Shown here piece after piece: positions 40,269 through 53,902 of a DNA stretch of 64,000 nucleotides. Numbering within the stretch: position 1 is the stretch's first letter; each line of letters opens with the position of its first letter. Under the pieces are notes generated by a model. It did no database searches. It was not told where the DNA came from and was given only the letters and a program-made list of their open reading frames with translations. The position numbers and the translations under genes are program-made. The DNA is from Octopus sinensis (taxonomy: Eukaryota). The DNA is taken from contig NC_043008.1 in assembly GCF_006345805.1 (NCBI RefSeq), positions 74,090,001-74,154,000 of the forward strand. The letters are read 5' to 3'.

Positions 40269-41310
40269 TGCTTGGGAAGCAAGCTTCTTTATTTCATTAT
40301 ATTGGCCATAAAGGCCTTACATAGAGAAAGGAAGCTGCGGGCTGGACTCAGAAATAATGTTATATAAATGAAAAAGGAAAATGTTGATTAATGGGGGGAA
40401 AGTGACGTCTGCCGATCGTTCTTTCCCGAGAACATTGATCTCTTATATTATCCATGAGGCAACAAACCTTACATTGTTCACAATATTAAATAACAAAATG
40501 AGGCACTAAGCGTTTTACATTCTTTCCAAACAAGGAACTTTCAATATCACTCAGGCTTTTCAACCTCTTATTTATATTCTTCCTCAACATCGCTTGTGAC
40601 ACCATTCTACGCCATCACCCACGCCTCATTCAAGCACAAAGCAGGTGCCGTGTCAGCGTCGCCCGGCCACATGTGATATTCCTAATTGAGTCACTCCAGC
40701 CGACGCAACACGGGCAACGTTATGACCTCCATAGCTATCTGCGGAGGCCATTCGGGATCCCGTGTGCAGGCTAAAGGTACTTATGGTGCTTTTCCAACAC
40801 TTTCCCCACCTCTCTGCCTCTGTAGAAGAAGACCAATAATTCATCCTCCTCCGGGGACGAGGTAGTCACTTCTACCGTCAGCGGCACAATTCCCACCGAC
40901 GGTCTCTTCTCCTGCTGGTGGCACAACGCTTACCGACGAGGTTCCGGGACATTCCGGTACTATGTCACCGACTGCCAGCAATGTCCCGTTTCTCTTCCTC
41001 TTTCTCTTTTTTCTTCTCAACTGAGGGTGCGTCTCCTCCGTGACCGGGAGATTCGCCTCCCCTCCCTCATCCCTAGGATCTTTCGGTGAGCACCCATTGT
41101 TGCTCACCTTCTTCCTCTTGCAACCCTTCTTTGAGGAATCCTCAGCCTCCCCGGCTGCCTTAGTTCCCTCTTTTACAGAGGTCTCAATCAACTGCTCCAG
41201 GACCTTACTTTGTCCCTGGGGACAGTTTTTCTTTATATGACCAGGCTCCAGGCACCGATGACACCTGGGGGTGCTTCCCTTAATTATCCAGCATTCGCGT
41301 CTCACATTTC
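40269..41310 (-). mobile_element. Tx1/L1-like LINE remnant: ORF1 CCHC knuckle plus 3' end, heavily deleted
   Basis: ORF 40841-41305 has CHRCLEPGHIKKNC (CX2CX4HX4C). The 3' end carries AATAAA at the junction with the SINE. Confidence 0.65.
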
Positions 41311-41970
41311 GATATCGTACTTCGAATTTCTTTCTCTCTCATTAATCTGCTCCTTTCTTCCTAACTCGACTATTTTCTCTTTCGATTACTTGTCATTTCT
41401 GTGGCTCTGTCACACTCACACTCTAATTGTCCCCCTTTATCTTAGAATGTGAATATTGTCGTCCCTTCAAAGATGAGAATAGTAACATTTGACTATGCTG
41501 TAAGAAGACAAGAAACCTGAAATACTTCTACTTTGTATCAGAGTTTTTCTCATAGTATATTACTGCTATGATCTGATTGAAGTCTATGTGTAAACACAAA
41601 TGTATCTGCCCCCCCCCCCATGTTGCTCTATTCATCTATTCCGCTGTTTCTATCTTTATCTCTTCTTCTGACTCTGTCTTTCTTATCCGGAGGAGTAGTT
41701 CAATAGAATTAAGTCTTCAGACTTAAAGGCTTCGAAATTATTCTCATTCTTGGTCCTATTGCAGAATAGAATTATCGTCCTATTTTCGATAAACGTCTAC
41801 CCAATCGTCTTAATGTGGTTTTGTCTACATACATTTCTGGCGCTCAGTTTCATTTATTGCCGTTGTAAAGACATTTTCTCTTTCATTATGACTACTGTAT
41901 CTTTAACATCGCGCTACCGCTTTCTTTTCACTCCTACTGTCTCTGACTTTCTTCTCAATACCTGCTCCCA

Positions 41971-42135
41971 TCTTCTTCTTCTTCTTCTTCTTCTTCTTCT
42001 TCTTCTTCTTCTTCTTCTTCTTCTTCTCTTCTTCTTCTTCATCATCTTCTTCTTCATCTTCTTCTTCTTCTTCTTCTTCTTCTTCTTCTTCTTCTTCTTC
42101 TCTCTCTCCCTCTCTCTCCCTCCCTCTCTCTCTCT
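41971..42135 (+). repeat. (CTT)n-(CT)n microsatellite
   Basis: Seen directly. Confidence 0.95.
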
Positions 42136-43034
42136 CAGACACACTATTTCCTACTACATCCAACTTTTATATTTGGACCCTAAAATTGCTGAACATGCCT
42201 CCTTTATAACAGTCCGTTCTCAAGTTGAATTCCGTTCAGTTCACACGTTCTTAAATCCCAGTCTTAATTCGACATAAGTTTTAAATCTGCTGCACTATTT
42301 ATTTCGCTGCGTCTTTCTGTCCCTTGCTTCTCTGAATTTCTCTCTTGTTATCAGCCCTCAAATATTCTCATTCTTTCTTCACCCCCTCTTTCGTTTTTGA
42401 TGGTCCTTCTCTCATATTTCCACTTAGTTAAATTCTATTCCGGCGAAAGTCGCACCACTATTCATTCATTCATGCTATCATTCTCTCGATTTTTTCTGTG
42501 GCAAGTTGAGAAAGTTAATATATATTGTATGTGTTTGTTTGTTCCTAACTTTCTGCCACATATCTATGTTGCTATCTTTCAGGTTCTAATAATTTTCTTT
42601 TGCAATGTACACTACTTCACAGATGTTTACAATCAGTGGTGTATCCAGAGGGATAGTTCTGCTGAGTAAGGTCTCTAGGCTTAAAATCACCAACATTTCT
42701 CTGATTCTGTATTCCATGACTAATTGTTCTTCACTGTTACTCGCTATTCATATCGCCGTCGTTTTATTTTGATTCTAATTATATATGTGTGCCTGTGTGG
42801 GTTTATAAATATGTATACATAATTCAGGCTTGCATATATATAAAGTATGTTGCAAAAAGAAAATAGAAACTACACGTGGAAATGTAAGGGGAAAGTAAGA
42901 AGAAAAATAAGCGAAACATTGGCAATCAAAAAAATTAAAGGCTTTTTATGAAAAGTAACGATGGATATATACAATTAGATGAACTGAAGTAGGAATAAAA
43001 GTAATAAAATAATTATTGTGAACTGTTAAAGATA

Positions 43035-43080
43035 TTCAAAAGCATACCGGTTTCGTCAATTTACTAATCATTGCTTTGAA
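43035..43080 (-). ncRNA. Minimal type I hammerhead-like motif with an A3-U8 core, in a probable PLE pLTR (~42860-43230)
   Basis: UUCAAAGCA-AUGAUUA-GU(aaauug)AC-GAAAC-CG-GUA-UGCUUUUGAA. Confidence 0.65.
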
Positions 43081-43238
43081 TTCACATCGATTAATCAACG
43101 GTATCAGGTCTACTAGGCCCTGAGTAAAACGATTATGTGTAAGGGAGGTAAGTAGTTCTGGATTTGATGCAATTAGGGTAAGTATAGATCTGTAATGTAA
43201 CATTTGACTATGCTTATTTTTCTTCTTAATTTCCCCTT

Positions 43239-43270
<32 letters not shown>

Positions 43271-43614
43271 CAAGGCCTCCACCCTGTAACTCTTACCATC
43301 TTTCTTGTCATGACTCTCAATATAATCTTTCAATACTCCACTAGCTATTTTCACCTTATTTACTACATTCTTTCTTTATTGGATTCTCTCTTTTTTTCTC
43401 TCTTCCTCTCTATGCTTTTTCTTTCTTTTTTGTTTGTTCTCTCTTTCTTTCCTTCTTTCACTCTCTCCCATTTTCTTTCTCTCTCTCTCTCTCTCTCTCA
43501 GTTTCACTTTTTCCAAAGTAATCAGCATATATCTTTCTATATTGCACTCTTTCTTCATTTCTTTTTTATGTTTATATTGATTTCGTCTTCTTCTTCCCCC
43601 TCTCTCGCTCCTTT

Positions 43615-43647
<33 letters not shown>

Positions 43648-44917
43648 TCCCTCTGACCTTTTTCTCTGGCTATCTAACTCTTTTTCATATCTCAATATAT
43701 TCTCCCTATGTTCTTAAGTTTACATCATACTTTCTTATATAGTCTATCCTCTTCAGGTTTTCTTTCTCCCACACGCTTTCTCTCGCTTTTACTTAATTCC
43801 TCTCTAATATTTGTTAATTTCTCTCTTTCTCCATCTATTTGAATCTGTCTGTCTCTTCACGCCTCTCTCAGAATTACCACCTTCCTTAATGCCATTCTTG
43901 TATTGAGGGATGGGATATCTTTGACGTTTACTACTCAACTAAAGTACCGATATTTATAAATCACGATAGCAATTGTCTTGTCATTTCTCGTAGAAGTAAT
44001 CATTTCTACTGAGCCCATAAAAGCAAGTTTCTCCAACCAAAACGCTATGGTCTTGGATTCTCACAAAGGAATTTTTCTATCAGGTGAATCATGAGTGTAA
44101 GCAAAAAGTTATCCTGAAAATATATTACTTATATTCGCTTTAGAAATTCTTCTTTAAACCTATATATTAAGTCTTCGAGGGGAGTTCCTTTCTACAGACT
44201 TGTTTTCATTAATCCCATTTATTCTTGATGTATGACAAGCATTTGAAGCTGTGATAATCGCTGCAAATGTGATAATGGAATTATGGAACTCATTAGAAAC
44301 GACCTCAAAAGTTATTGCCGTTATATGAAGGCTAAGAAACCCATGTGGCATTGTTCAACACTTCACTATCTATATTGATCTACAGGCACTACGACCATAA
44401 AATCTAGTGGACTAGAAGAGAAATAATGTTTAATTATTTCGCATTTATTAATATAAAGCAGCAGAGAGTGGTCTATGATTTTAATGGGATATATGGTGAT
44501 TGCTTTATAACGAAATTCCTTGGAGGATTCTTAATCTTGCACTTCAATAAAATATGCGTTTCGTATCCAGGAATGTATGCATGTATATATTTGGGTATAT
44601 ATGTCGATGCATTACATTTAAAGGCATATCTGTGAGCGTTGGTGAGTGGTGACGGTAGATGGGAAATTAGGGAGGTAGTGTAATAAAATAAGAGAGGTAT
44701 AGAGGGAAAGATAAAGATACAGATCGAGATAAAAACAGCATGAGAAATAAAGACATTTGGAGTATGATATCTACGTTTTGAGGGAGAAGTCGTTAGAAAA
44801 AGACAGAGGAGAGATCGAAACAGATAAAAGAGAAGAGGAAAGCAAATGTGCGTGTATGTGTTTGTATACATATATATACATATATACACAAACATATATA
44901 TAATATATATACATATG

Positions 44918-44950
<33 letters not shown>

Positions 44951-45019
44951 ATATATATACATATATATATGTATGGATGTATATATATATGTAAGTATAT
45001 ATATATATATATATAGGGA

Positions 45020-48000
45020 GAGTTTACGAAAAAAACAAAAGACGAAGACAGGTGGAGTACAAAACAAACAGATGTATTAGTATAACGCTCAGGAGTAGAA
45101 AAATTATTTTACGTTTCGAGCCTACGCTCTTCTACAGAAAGGGGCACAGAAAAAACAAGGAGAGAAAAAAATGTGTGTAGTGGCTAACGATCTATCATGG
45201 CGACTAGTGCCGGACAGAAGGGTCAAACACGAGAAGGAAAGTAGGGGAGATAACAAGGTAAAGATGACCCCCAACACGAAGGTGCGTGTGTGTATAAGAG
45301 AGTATGTATGTGCGTGTGAAAGAGGCCTGGTGGACTGGACGTGTGCGTGTATGTATCTGTAGGTGTGCAAATATCGGGAGGGGTGTGTGGGTGGTGTGTT
45401 GTGATGTATAATGTTGTATGTGTGACGTTGTTGGAAAGTGGGGAGGTGCGAGTGGGGAAAGCACGGGTTGGGTGTGGGTAGGCAGAGGGTGGTGGTAGAG
45501 GTGGGGTGGGGGGATGGGATGGGGGATGGGGATGGGGGGATGGGATGGGGGATGGGATGGGGGATGGGAAGGATGGGGAAGGTGGAGTAGGGGTGGGGGT
45601 TTATGAGGGAAGAGGAAGGTGGGTAAGTGAGGAGAGAGAGGAGGAGAGAAAAAAGAAAGAGAGGATGAAAGAGTAGGAGAGTAGACAGAAAGAGAATAAG
45701 AGAGGAGAGAGAAAGAGAGAAGAGAGAAAGAGAGAAAGATAGTAAGAGAGAAGAGGGGAAAGAGAGTAGGGGTGAAGAGAAGTAGCAGTGAAGAGAAGTA
45801 GTGGTGAAGAGAAGTAGAAGTCGGGAGGAGGTTAGATGAAGAGGGGGGAGAGTTGAGTCCAAATGGCGTAAAAGAGCGAAGATAGAAGATTAATCCTTGT
45901 TCTCGGCGCAAACGGTAGTCCGGATGGCTTCTGTGCAAGGACAATCCGAAAACAGACAGGTGTTGCAAGGAATAACCGGTGGAGCGGAAATGGCGTGAGA
46001 CTGGGGTGTTATTGCCGAGGCGGATGTCTCGGAGGTGTTCCTCGAACCGGTCGGCCAAGCGGCGTCCCGTTTGTCCGATGTACAGGGAACGGCAGAGAGA
46101 GCAGGAGATGCAACAGATAATATTGCTGGAGGTGCAGGTGAAGGAGTCGATGATGCGATAGGGTCGATGATGGGTGCCAGTGAGGAGGGTGGTGTTGGAG
46201 AGATAAGGGCAAGTGCGGCAGCGTGGGCGGGAGCAGGGGAACGAGCCAGGTTGGGAGGTAGGGTTGGGGAAGAAGCTGTGGACCAAGAGGTCTCGTAGGT
46301 TATGGGCTCGATTGAAGGAGGGGAGAGGTCGGTTAGGGAAGATATGTGAAGTGGACGGGTCAAACTGGAGATGCCGGAAAGCTCGGAGAATGGTGCGTTG
46401 GAGAGGTAGGGTGACTGCAGGGCGGGTTTCGGGGTGAGAGAGCAGATGCATGGTCCACGGAACGTGCTCTGGCAAGGGCCGTGTGGATAGTGGTGAGGGG
46501 ATATCCACGTACAATGAAGTGGCGAGCCATGAGTTGAGACTGAGTCTAAAAGTCATGGTCGTCACGACAGAGCCTGCGTAGACGGAGGAATTGGGAATAG
46601 GGGATGGAAAGCTTGGTGTGTTTGGGGTGGGAGGAGAAGTTTAGGTATGAGTGTGAGTCTGTGTGTTTGTAGTGGATAGTGGTGGTAAGAGTGGAGTGAT
46701 GAATGCTGACCAAAATGTCAAGGAAGACAGAGGTGTCAGAGATAGTGCTGGAGAAGTGGAGGGCAGGGTGGAAAGATTTGACGAAAGAGAGGAAGGAGTC
46801 TAGACGTTCGCGGGAGAGTGAGGTGGCACCGATACAGTCGTCAATATAACAGCCATATAGTTCGGGAGTGGAACCAGTGAAACTAGAGAATATTTGGGCC
46901 TCAACATAGTGTTGGGGATTGGGTCGGAGGTCCAGGAAGTGTTTCAGTGCACGCAGCCCCTCGTAGTGAGGGATCACAGTGTAGAGGCTCTGGATGTCCA
47001 TTGTAAAGAGAAGTTTGGAGGAGCCAGGAGGGAAGGAGAAAGAGTTGAAAAGATGAAGAGCATGGTTGGTGTCATGGATGTGAGAAGGAAGAGAAGCCAC
47101 TAGGGGGGCAAGGACACGGTCGAGATATTTGGAGATAAGCTCGGCGGGGCAGTTACAGGCGGAGACGATGGGGCACCCAGGGTTGTTGGGTTTGTGGATT
47201 TGGGGGAGGAAGTAAATGTTGGGGGTTAGGGAGGTTTAGACAATGAGGTCGGATGTGGTGTGGGAGAGACGGGAGGACGAGATGAGGTCGTGGATGGTAG
47301 AGGAGACCGTCTGTTGGTAGCTGGGCGTGGGGTCAGAGAACAGAGGGCAGCAGAAGGAGGTTTCATGGAGTTGGCGGAGAGCTTCGGCCTTGTAGAGGTC
47401 CGCGCGCCATACCACCACAGCCCCACCCTTGTCGGCCGGTTTAATAACGATGTCAGTGCGCCGTTGGAGGGAACGAAGAGCCGAGAGTTCGGCTGGGGAG
47501 ATGTTGAGACGACGGGGACGCCTGGAGAAGTTGAACCGCTCCAGAGCGCGCTGACAGGCGCCCACAAAAAGATCCACTGCTTGGAACTGGTCAGGAGCAG
47601 GCTTCCACTGGGATAGTCGGCGGCCCAGGTCAGTGGAGCACTCCTCCTCGTTTGATGCGGGTGGAGAGTTGCGGAAAAGCGCACACAACCTGACGCGGCG
47701 CCCAAAGCTGTGGATATCAGCACGAATCTGAGATTCCTTACAGGATGGAGTGAGGGGGTGAAACGCAGACCCGTACTGAGGATGGAGCGCTCCGCTGCAG
47801 AGAGGGGAAGATCTGGGGGGAAAATAACCACAGACTGAAATGGAGAAGGGGGGGTGGAATAGGAGTAGGAGGGGTGGATAGGGTGGAAGTAGGAAGAATG
47901 GTAGGGCTGGTGGAAGGTGGGGGATGAGTGGTGATGTGTGAGGAGGGTTTGGAGGAACAGTGGGGTTGGGTGTGGGTGGGTGGAGCCTATCAGGGAGGGA

Positions 48001-48400
48001 GAAAGGTAGTGGAGGAATTGGGGTAGTGGCACTGGGTGTGATGGAATGGAGGAGTGAGTGGAGTGTACGAAGTTTGGTGCTGGCAAGAAATTGATGAAAG
48101 AGATGATTTAAATGAATTATATAACGCAATGTGTTGTGAGCATGGAAGTGCGGCAGAGAGGAGAAAAAGATGGAAAAAGCAGGAGGGAGAAGGCGGTCGA
48201 TGGTATGTATTTTAGAGAGATTGGAGCGAATGGTGGCAGGCATAAGGCGGTAAGATGTGGTACGGAGTATGGGTAGAATAGATGAAGCGGAGTGGAGAGT
48301 AGGGTGGAAATGGAGGCGGAAACCTTTAGGGATGAGGCGGTGATGCAAGCAGTGACTGAGAAATGAAACGTGGCTAGAGAAGCGGATTTGTTCTGCTATA
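45020..48400 (-). mobile_element. Penelope-like element (Neptune-type), near full length, frameshifted
   Basis: N-terminal HRLIPKGF, IVIKPADKGGAVVVW; RT LFTMDIQSLYTVIPH, YIDDCIG, FLDILVS, IPYSQFLRLRRLC; Cys linker CSRPRCRTCPY..FTCTSSNII.CISCSLC; GIY-YIG LYIGQTGRRLADRFEEH; 3' pLTR with HHR. Confidence 0.95.
45107..45141 (-). ncRNA. Minimal type I hammerhead, A6U core variant, in the PLE pLTR
   Basis: CUUU-CUGUAGA-A-GAGC(guag)GCUC-GAAAC-GUA-AAA. Confidence 0.65.
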
Positions 48401-48782
48401 GGCACAAGTCCCGAAATTTTCGTGGAGGGGCCAGCCGATTAGTTCAACCCAGTACGCAACTGGTACATAATTTATCGACCCCGAAAGGATCAAAAGCAAA
48501 GTTGACCTCGGCGGAATTTGAACTCAGAACGTAAAAACAGACGAAATACCTATTTCTTTACTACCCACAAGGGGCTAAAGACAGAAGGGACAAACAAGGA
48601 CAGACATATGGATTTAGTCGATTATATCGACCCCAGTGCGTAACTGGTACTTAATTTATCGACCAAGAAAGGGTGAAAGCAAAGTTGACCTCGGCGGAAT
48701 TTGAACTCAGAACGTAGCGGCAGACGAAATACTGCTAAGCATTTCGCCCGGCGTGTTAACGTTTCTGCCAGCTCGCCGCCTT
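48398..48782 (-). mobile_element. Dimeric tRNA-derived SINE family 1 (young)
   Basis: Head aaggcggcgagctggcagaaacgttaacacgccgggcg, B box gagttcaaattcc, central domain, linker, then a second 5'-truncated monomer. Confidence 0.9.
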
Positions 48783-48784
48783 CA

Positions 48785-48821
<37 letters not shown>

Positions 48822-49939
48822 TGGAGAGAGAGAGAGAGAAAGAAAGAGAGAGAATGTGGGGAAAATGAAGGAAAATGATATATTTGACATACTGTAAAGA
48901 ATGAAGGTGAATCTGTTGCATTCAAGAAGTGGAAGAAGACAAAAATCATAAGACCCAAATGAATTCAACGCATTACAACTTAATTCAACGTAATTGAAAT
49001 AATATTTGCAAAAGTGCATCCCAATAAATAATTTCAGGTCATCATAAATAAATCACGGCTGTATCATTAGTTTTATGTTGACTTCGTAATAGTCGCTGAT
49101 GGCAGCAATGGCGACGGAGGGAATTATTCGTTGTTTAAGAGTATAGTTTACTTCAATCCCAATCTCGTTTGTTACGGCAATATTTCTGGTGACTAAGAAA
49201 TGCAATACTTATGAAACATGTAACCACACATGCTGACATAACTTACGGAGATGAGCATAGCTAGAGTTTGTGGACCTCTATCCTTGTCCTTTGTCCTTTT
49301 ATAAAATATTTCTGTAACAGTTAAGATTATTGGACGCCAAAATTTTGAATTTGCAGCTTCTTTTGCCTATGTTGGCAGTTTGACGCCTTCGTAGTTGGCT
49401 GGAAAATCTGTTGACACACATACACCTTAACTTACCTGGGCGCCTGAGTCGATGTTTGATGATAGTGGCTTTGATACAGATAGTTTTGACTTTGTCAAGG
49501 ATTGAATTAATCAATACCTACAAGCAAAATGGATATTAGATTTCAGCATACCGCATAAAAGAAAACAGGGCACTACCTCATTTTTTTACAATACTTTCCT
49601 ATGAAAAAATTTGTTTGTGTTACAGCACATTATCAAGTAGGCCAAACAAAGAAAATTTTTTGTATCCAGTTAACTTAGAACAGTTGGTTTTACTGTATTC
49701 GATTTTCTGTCGTCTAAGTATGACAAACGTTCTGAAACGTATGATTTTGTATCAACCTAGTCAAAATTTGTTCTTCCAAAATTATGATACTTCGTAATGT
49801 CGTCAAGACAGAATTAGATTCTCAGCAATATGGATACAGGATAAGAATAGAAATATAATGGGTTGATGGGGTTATTTTTACATTTTTAAAATAACCTTAA
49901 TTGAATCATTAGGCTCAAAAATAATTTTTGAGAAATCCT

Positions 49940-50163
49940 TTCTGGTGTAGGCACTACGCCTGAAATTTTGAAGGAGAGTGTTCAGTCGATAACATCGACC
50001 CCCAATGACCAATTGATATTTATTTAATCGACATCATCCCCACTAGAATGGAATGGACCGTTAAGCCTATCTCGGCAGAATTTGAACTCAGAACATAAAA
50101 ACGGACGAAATAGCGCTAAGAAATTTGTCCGGTTCAGTAACGGGTCTGCTAGCTCGCCGCCTT
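49940..50163 (-). mobile_element. tRNA-derived SINE family 1
   Basis: Reverse-complement head aaggcggcgagctagcagacccgtt..gagttcaaattc. Confidence 0.8.
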
Positions 50164-51389
50164 TGGATTACTGAATAATAATAAGTGATTATAAAAAGAA
50201 TTATTAGCCTTCACACACCCACTATAGGAAAAAAGGTCACAATAAAATTAATTTTAAAATTATAAACAGAGTAGGTTTATTTAGTTTTTGCTTTCTTACA
50301 ATATGGCTATGTGCCGTTGCACCTGTCTCAGGAGAGATGTGTTTTGTCTGCAAGACAACAATAATGTAGAATACTTATGCATGAATTTATTGTTTTAAAA
50401 CAAATTATTAAATGAATTAGTAATATATACTGAAAAATGATTCGATATCTATTTTGAGTGTAGTGATATTTACTGAGAGATTGTGAATTTAAAGTATTGT
50501 TGGCAACAGTCCATCAAATACGCTACTATTCTATTTCGGATGTATAAATTCAGTGTGTGTGTGCGCGCTTTTGTGTATATGTGTGTGCGTATGTATATAT
50601 ATGAGTGTGCGCGTGTCTGTGTGTTTGCGTGATGAGTGCATATGTGTTAGTGCTTATGTGCGTGTGTGCGTGTGTGCCCGCGCACGTGAGTGTGTATACA
50701 TATATACGGAATCGTTGCAACTTGATTTCGAATAATAACGTTGCTTCAATGATCTTTTAGAGCAGTACGGGTGTTGCTTCACAGTCCTGCACGTGATCTA
50801 GTCTTTTGCACAGCTGTGGTAATGAGAGGTACCTCTTCTAAGAGAGGGTCCAGAGAGTTGTCACCCATGCTGACATACGCCTTCATTCCAACATCGACTT
50901 TTTCCTTGTGTTACCTTTTTCTGCTACAGCCAACCATACAATGCAACATAGAATAGAGATTGTAGGAATAAAGCGATCCCTTTTCGAAGTGAGGTAAGGC
51001 GTTGAACATGGTCAATCCTACCCTCTAAACAATATGTATTTTACCAAAATAGGTGAACTAGTCTATTTACTTGAATGTAAACGAAGTTACATGCGTTACA
51101 TCAGAGATTTCGTTCCCCTAGTCAGATCCCTCAGCAAGACTAATAGGTCCCACACTCACAGCTGTTGTTTAGCCATTGAGTTCATACTCTCTTTGACAAG
51201 TTTTGCGTTTCCTCCTGCAGACTGTCCAAGGAAAACCGTCCTTGGCAGGGTTGTTGGTTTATTTGCCTAAAACCCAATTATGTGGCAAGTAGCTATGGGT
51301 TATGTTTCTAGTACAGTCAACAGTAACATGAATTATATACATACATTCATGTATACATTTATTTCGTTTAAAGACAGCGTGAATATTAG

Positions 51390-51745
51390 TTTCAAATTTT
51401 GGTACAAGGTCAGCGATATCAGGAAGGGTGTAAATAGATTACATCGACCCTACTGCTTAACTGGTAGATATTTCATCGACCCCGAAAGGATGAAAGGCAA
51501 AGCCAATACTGGTGGAATTAGAACTGACGTTTCTTTTCTAGTCTTGGCACAAGGCCCGAAATTTTGGGGGATGGGGCCAGTCAATTACATTGACCCCACT
51601 ACGCAACTGGTACTTAATTTATCGACCCCGAAAGGATGTAAGGCAAAGTCGACCTCGGCGGAATTTGAACTCAGGACATAAAAGCAGACGAATTACCGTT
51701 AAGTACTTCGCCCGGCGTGCTAACGTTTCTGCCAGCTCACCGCCT
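51390..51745 (-). mobile_element. Two tandem SINE family 1 copies (one full, one 5' truncated)
   Basis: atcgaccccgaaaggatg.aaggcaaag occurs twice; head at 51745. Confidence 0.85.
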
Positions 51746-53902
51746 TTAAGTCAGCATGAATATTATAAAATTTTATCGTGTCGACTTCCAGATCCAAATT
51801 TCAGTTTTCTTTTAATGTATAATATACTGGGAGAACAATACTTCATTAAATTTAATCTTTTACCTAATAAAATTAATTAGTTAAAAATTAGTGTTGGTGA
51901 ATCCTATCCCGATATCATTCAAATTTTCCGAATGCACTGATCTCGAAGTACTGTTAAAACGTCTTGACTCATGATTTTTATTTTCCACCTTCGAAATTAT
52001 TTCACCTCTCGTCTTCCATACGCAATTGAAACGTCTCAGGTGTAGTATTGTTTCTTTATTAACATCAAACTGACGTTGGATGAATTTAACCAAATCTTAT
52101 TCGAATTCGTGAATTAGATGGAAGCAAGATAGACTGGTACTTTATTATCTGGGTTACATCATTTCGGAACATACTTATCTCTTCCTCAGCATAACAAAAA
52201 AAAAAAACATGTTTTGAAATGATGTAACCCATATATATTATTAGTATCCATTTATATTGCACTACATATCACCTTCATAAAACATATCTGTATTTGTCTA
52301 GTATTGCTAAGTCGGAAATATTAAGCGCCAACTTCCACTACTGCATCAGTCGATAAAATTTACATCGCCGTCTCCTGTATTTTAACACAAACGCAGCCAC
52401 GTGTACAGATGTATTGAATATCACCATTCGTACACTGCTTTTCGATCTCTAAATTAATATTCCTGCAGTATACAGCTTCAAAGACTCTGTTTTGGCAATG
52501 TTTCTTCATTATTTATTCGTGTATAATTTATAAGAAAATCAATTTAATATTCTTATAAATCAAATTATTTCATGAAGAATTCATTTTTCATCACAATTCA
52601 TCAAACTTTTCTACCTCATATTTGCCAAGTATACATATATCTTATTCTCTCAGAAAATGTTTTCTTCTCTGAAGCTAACAGAGTCGAGTTGATAGAGAGT
52701 CAAATTCAGATTGGAATATGCCTTTACAAATCAATTGTGACCTTAATTACGAGATCAATTATCTTATCATAATGGTTTGGCTTCTGTGTCATTCTTAATA
52801 TCCACATGCGATCCTGAATCATTTAGGCCTATGTATAGTATTGTGAATGATAATTCCCTTGTCTCCCAGAATAAGAATCTGTGATAATTGATATTACAAA
52901 CTACTGGTAGGAATTTCCGAAGATTTCCTTTCTTAATATCACATGCATACAAAACTCTACCTTTATAGTCATACATGTCTTGTTAGCTGCTTCTCGCTGT
53001 TCTCTTTTAAGCTGTTACTAGTTAACATTTGTATACAGGCTGTAAATTATTCCTTCAAACGGATACATCATTAATTCAGTCAGAGAATTCTGTACAATAG
53101 CCATAATCTTTATTGAAAATAAAGCTATCGAAATTAATGAACAATCTTGCATGCATCCGTTTGACGCCAATGAATTATTATCAGTAAATTGAAGAAGATT
53201 TATCCTAGATGATTGAAATTATTTGGTTTAATATACTTTAAAATAATATTAGATTTGTATTGGAAGATAAATTTAAGGTAAGAATACAAAACTTCTAACG
53301 TAGAAGATGAACGAGCTGTCAAATTAAGATGCACATTTTACAGTTTCGGAGCCTATTAAAATACAACTAATTTACAAAGTTCAAAGGATGATTAAAGATT
53401 TATTAAAATATATCTAATGACATACATATAATTAATAAATAAAATAACTATAAAATAAAAAAGTAAGCTTTAATTGTAAATTTGCAATATTCATTAATTG
53501 GCTACATAATATGATTAAACTGTTGCTAAATTTCTCTAAATTAACACCAGCTTTCTTTTTGTCATTGTTTGTAACTATTGAAAACAATTTTAGGAAAACT
53601 CTAAGAAAATATATTTATTTAGTTAAACAAAAGACAAACTTAGTAAATTTACTAATTCAGATCTAAGCTAGATTATATTTGCTTCAAATATTCAATATGT
53701 TTAATAAGAACATTAAGCGATTTAATAATTGACAAGGAAACTGATAGTAAGGATTAAGTACAGTAAAGAAAGCCCTATGTACTTTAAACATGTCTTTCGA
53801 AAGGATCAACCTCCTATAGATGCTAGAATCTCAGTTGAAATTATTGAAGCTGATCTGTTTCACTTGTGCAGAACATTGGTGTTGTATGTCCAGGTGTAGT
53901 AA

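Noticed and set aside
47260-47616. Antisense ORFs over the PLE (also 46035-46298)
   Set aside because: Expected by chance from the G/A-rich, stop-poor strand opposite a coding region.
53230-53700. Very AT-rich block considered as a mitochondrial insertion or another hammerhead (minus strand GAAACUGUA at ~53335-53347)
   Set aside because: No recognisable mitochondrial rRNA, tRNA or protein motif, and no CUGANGA partner. At most a decayed PLE 3' end.
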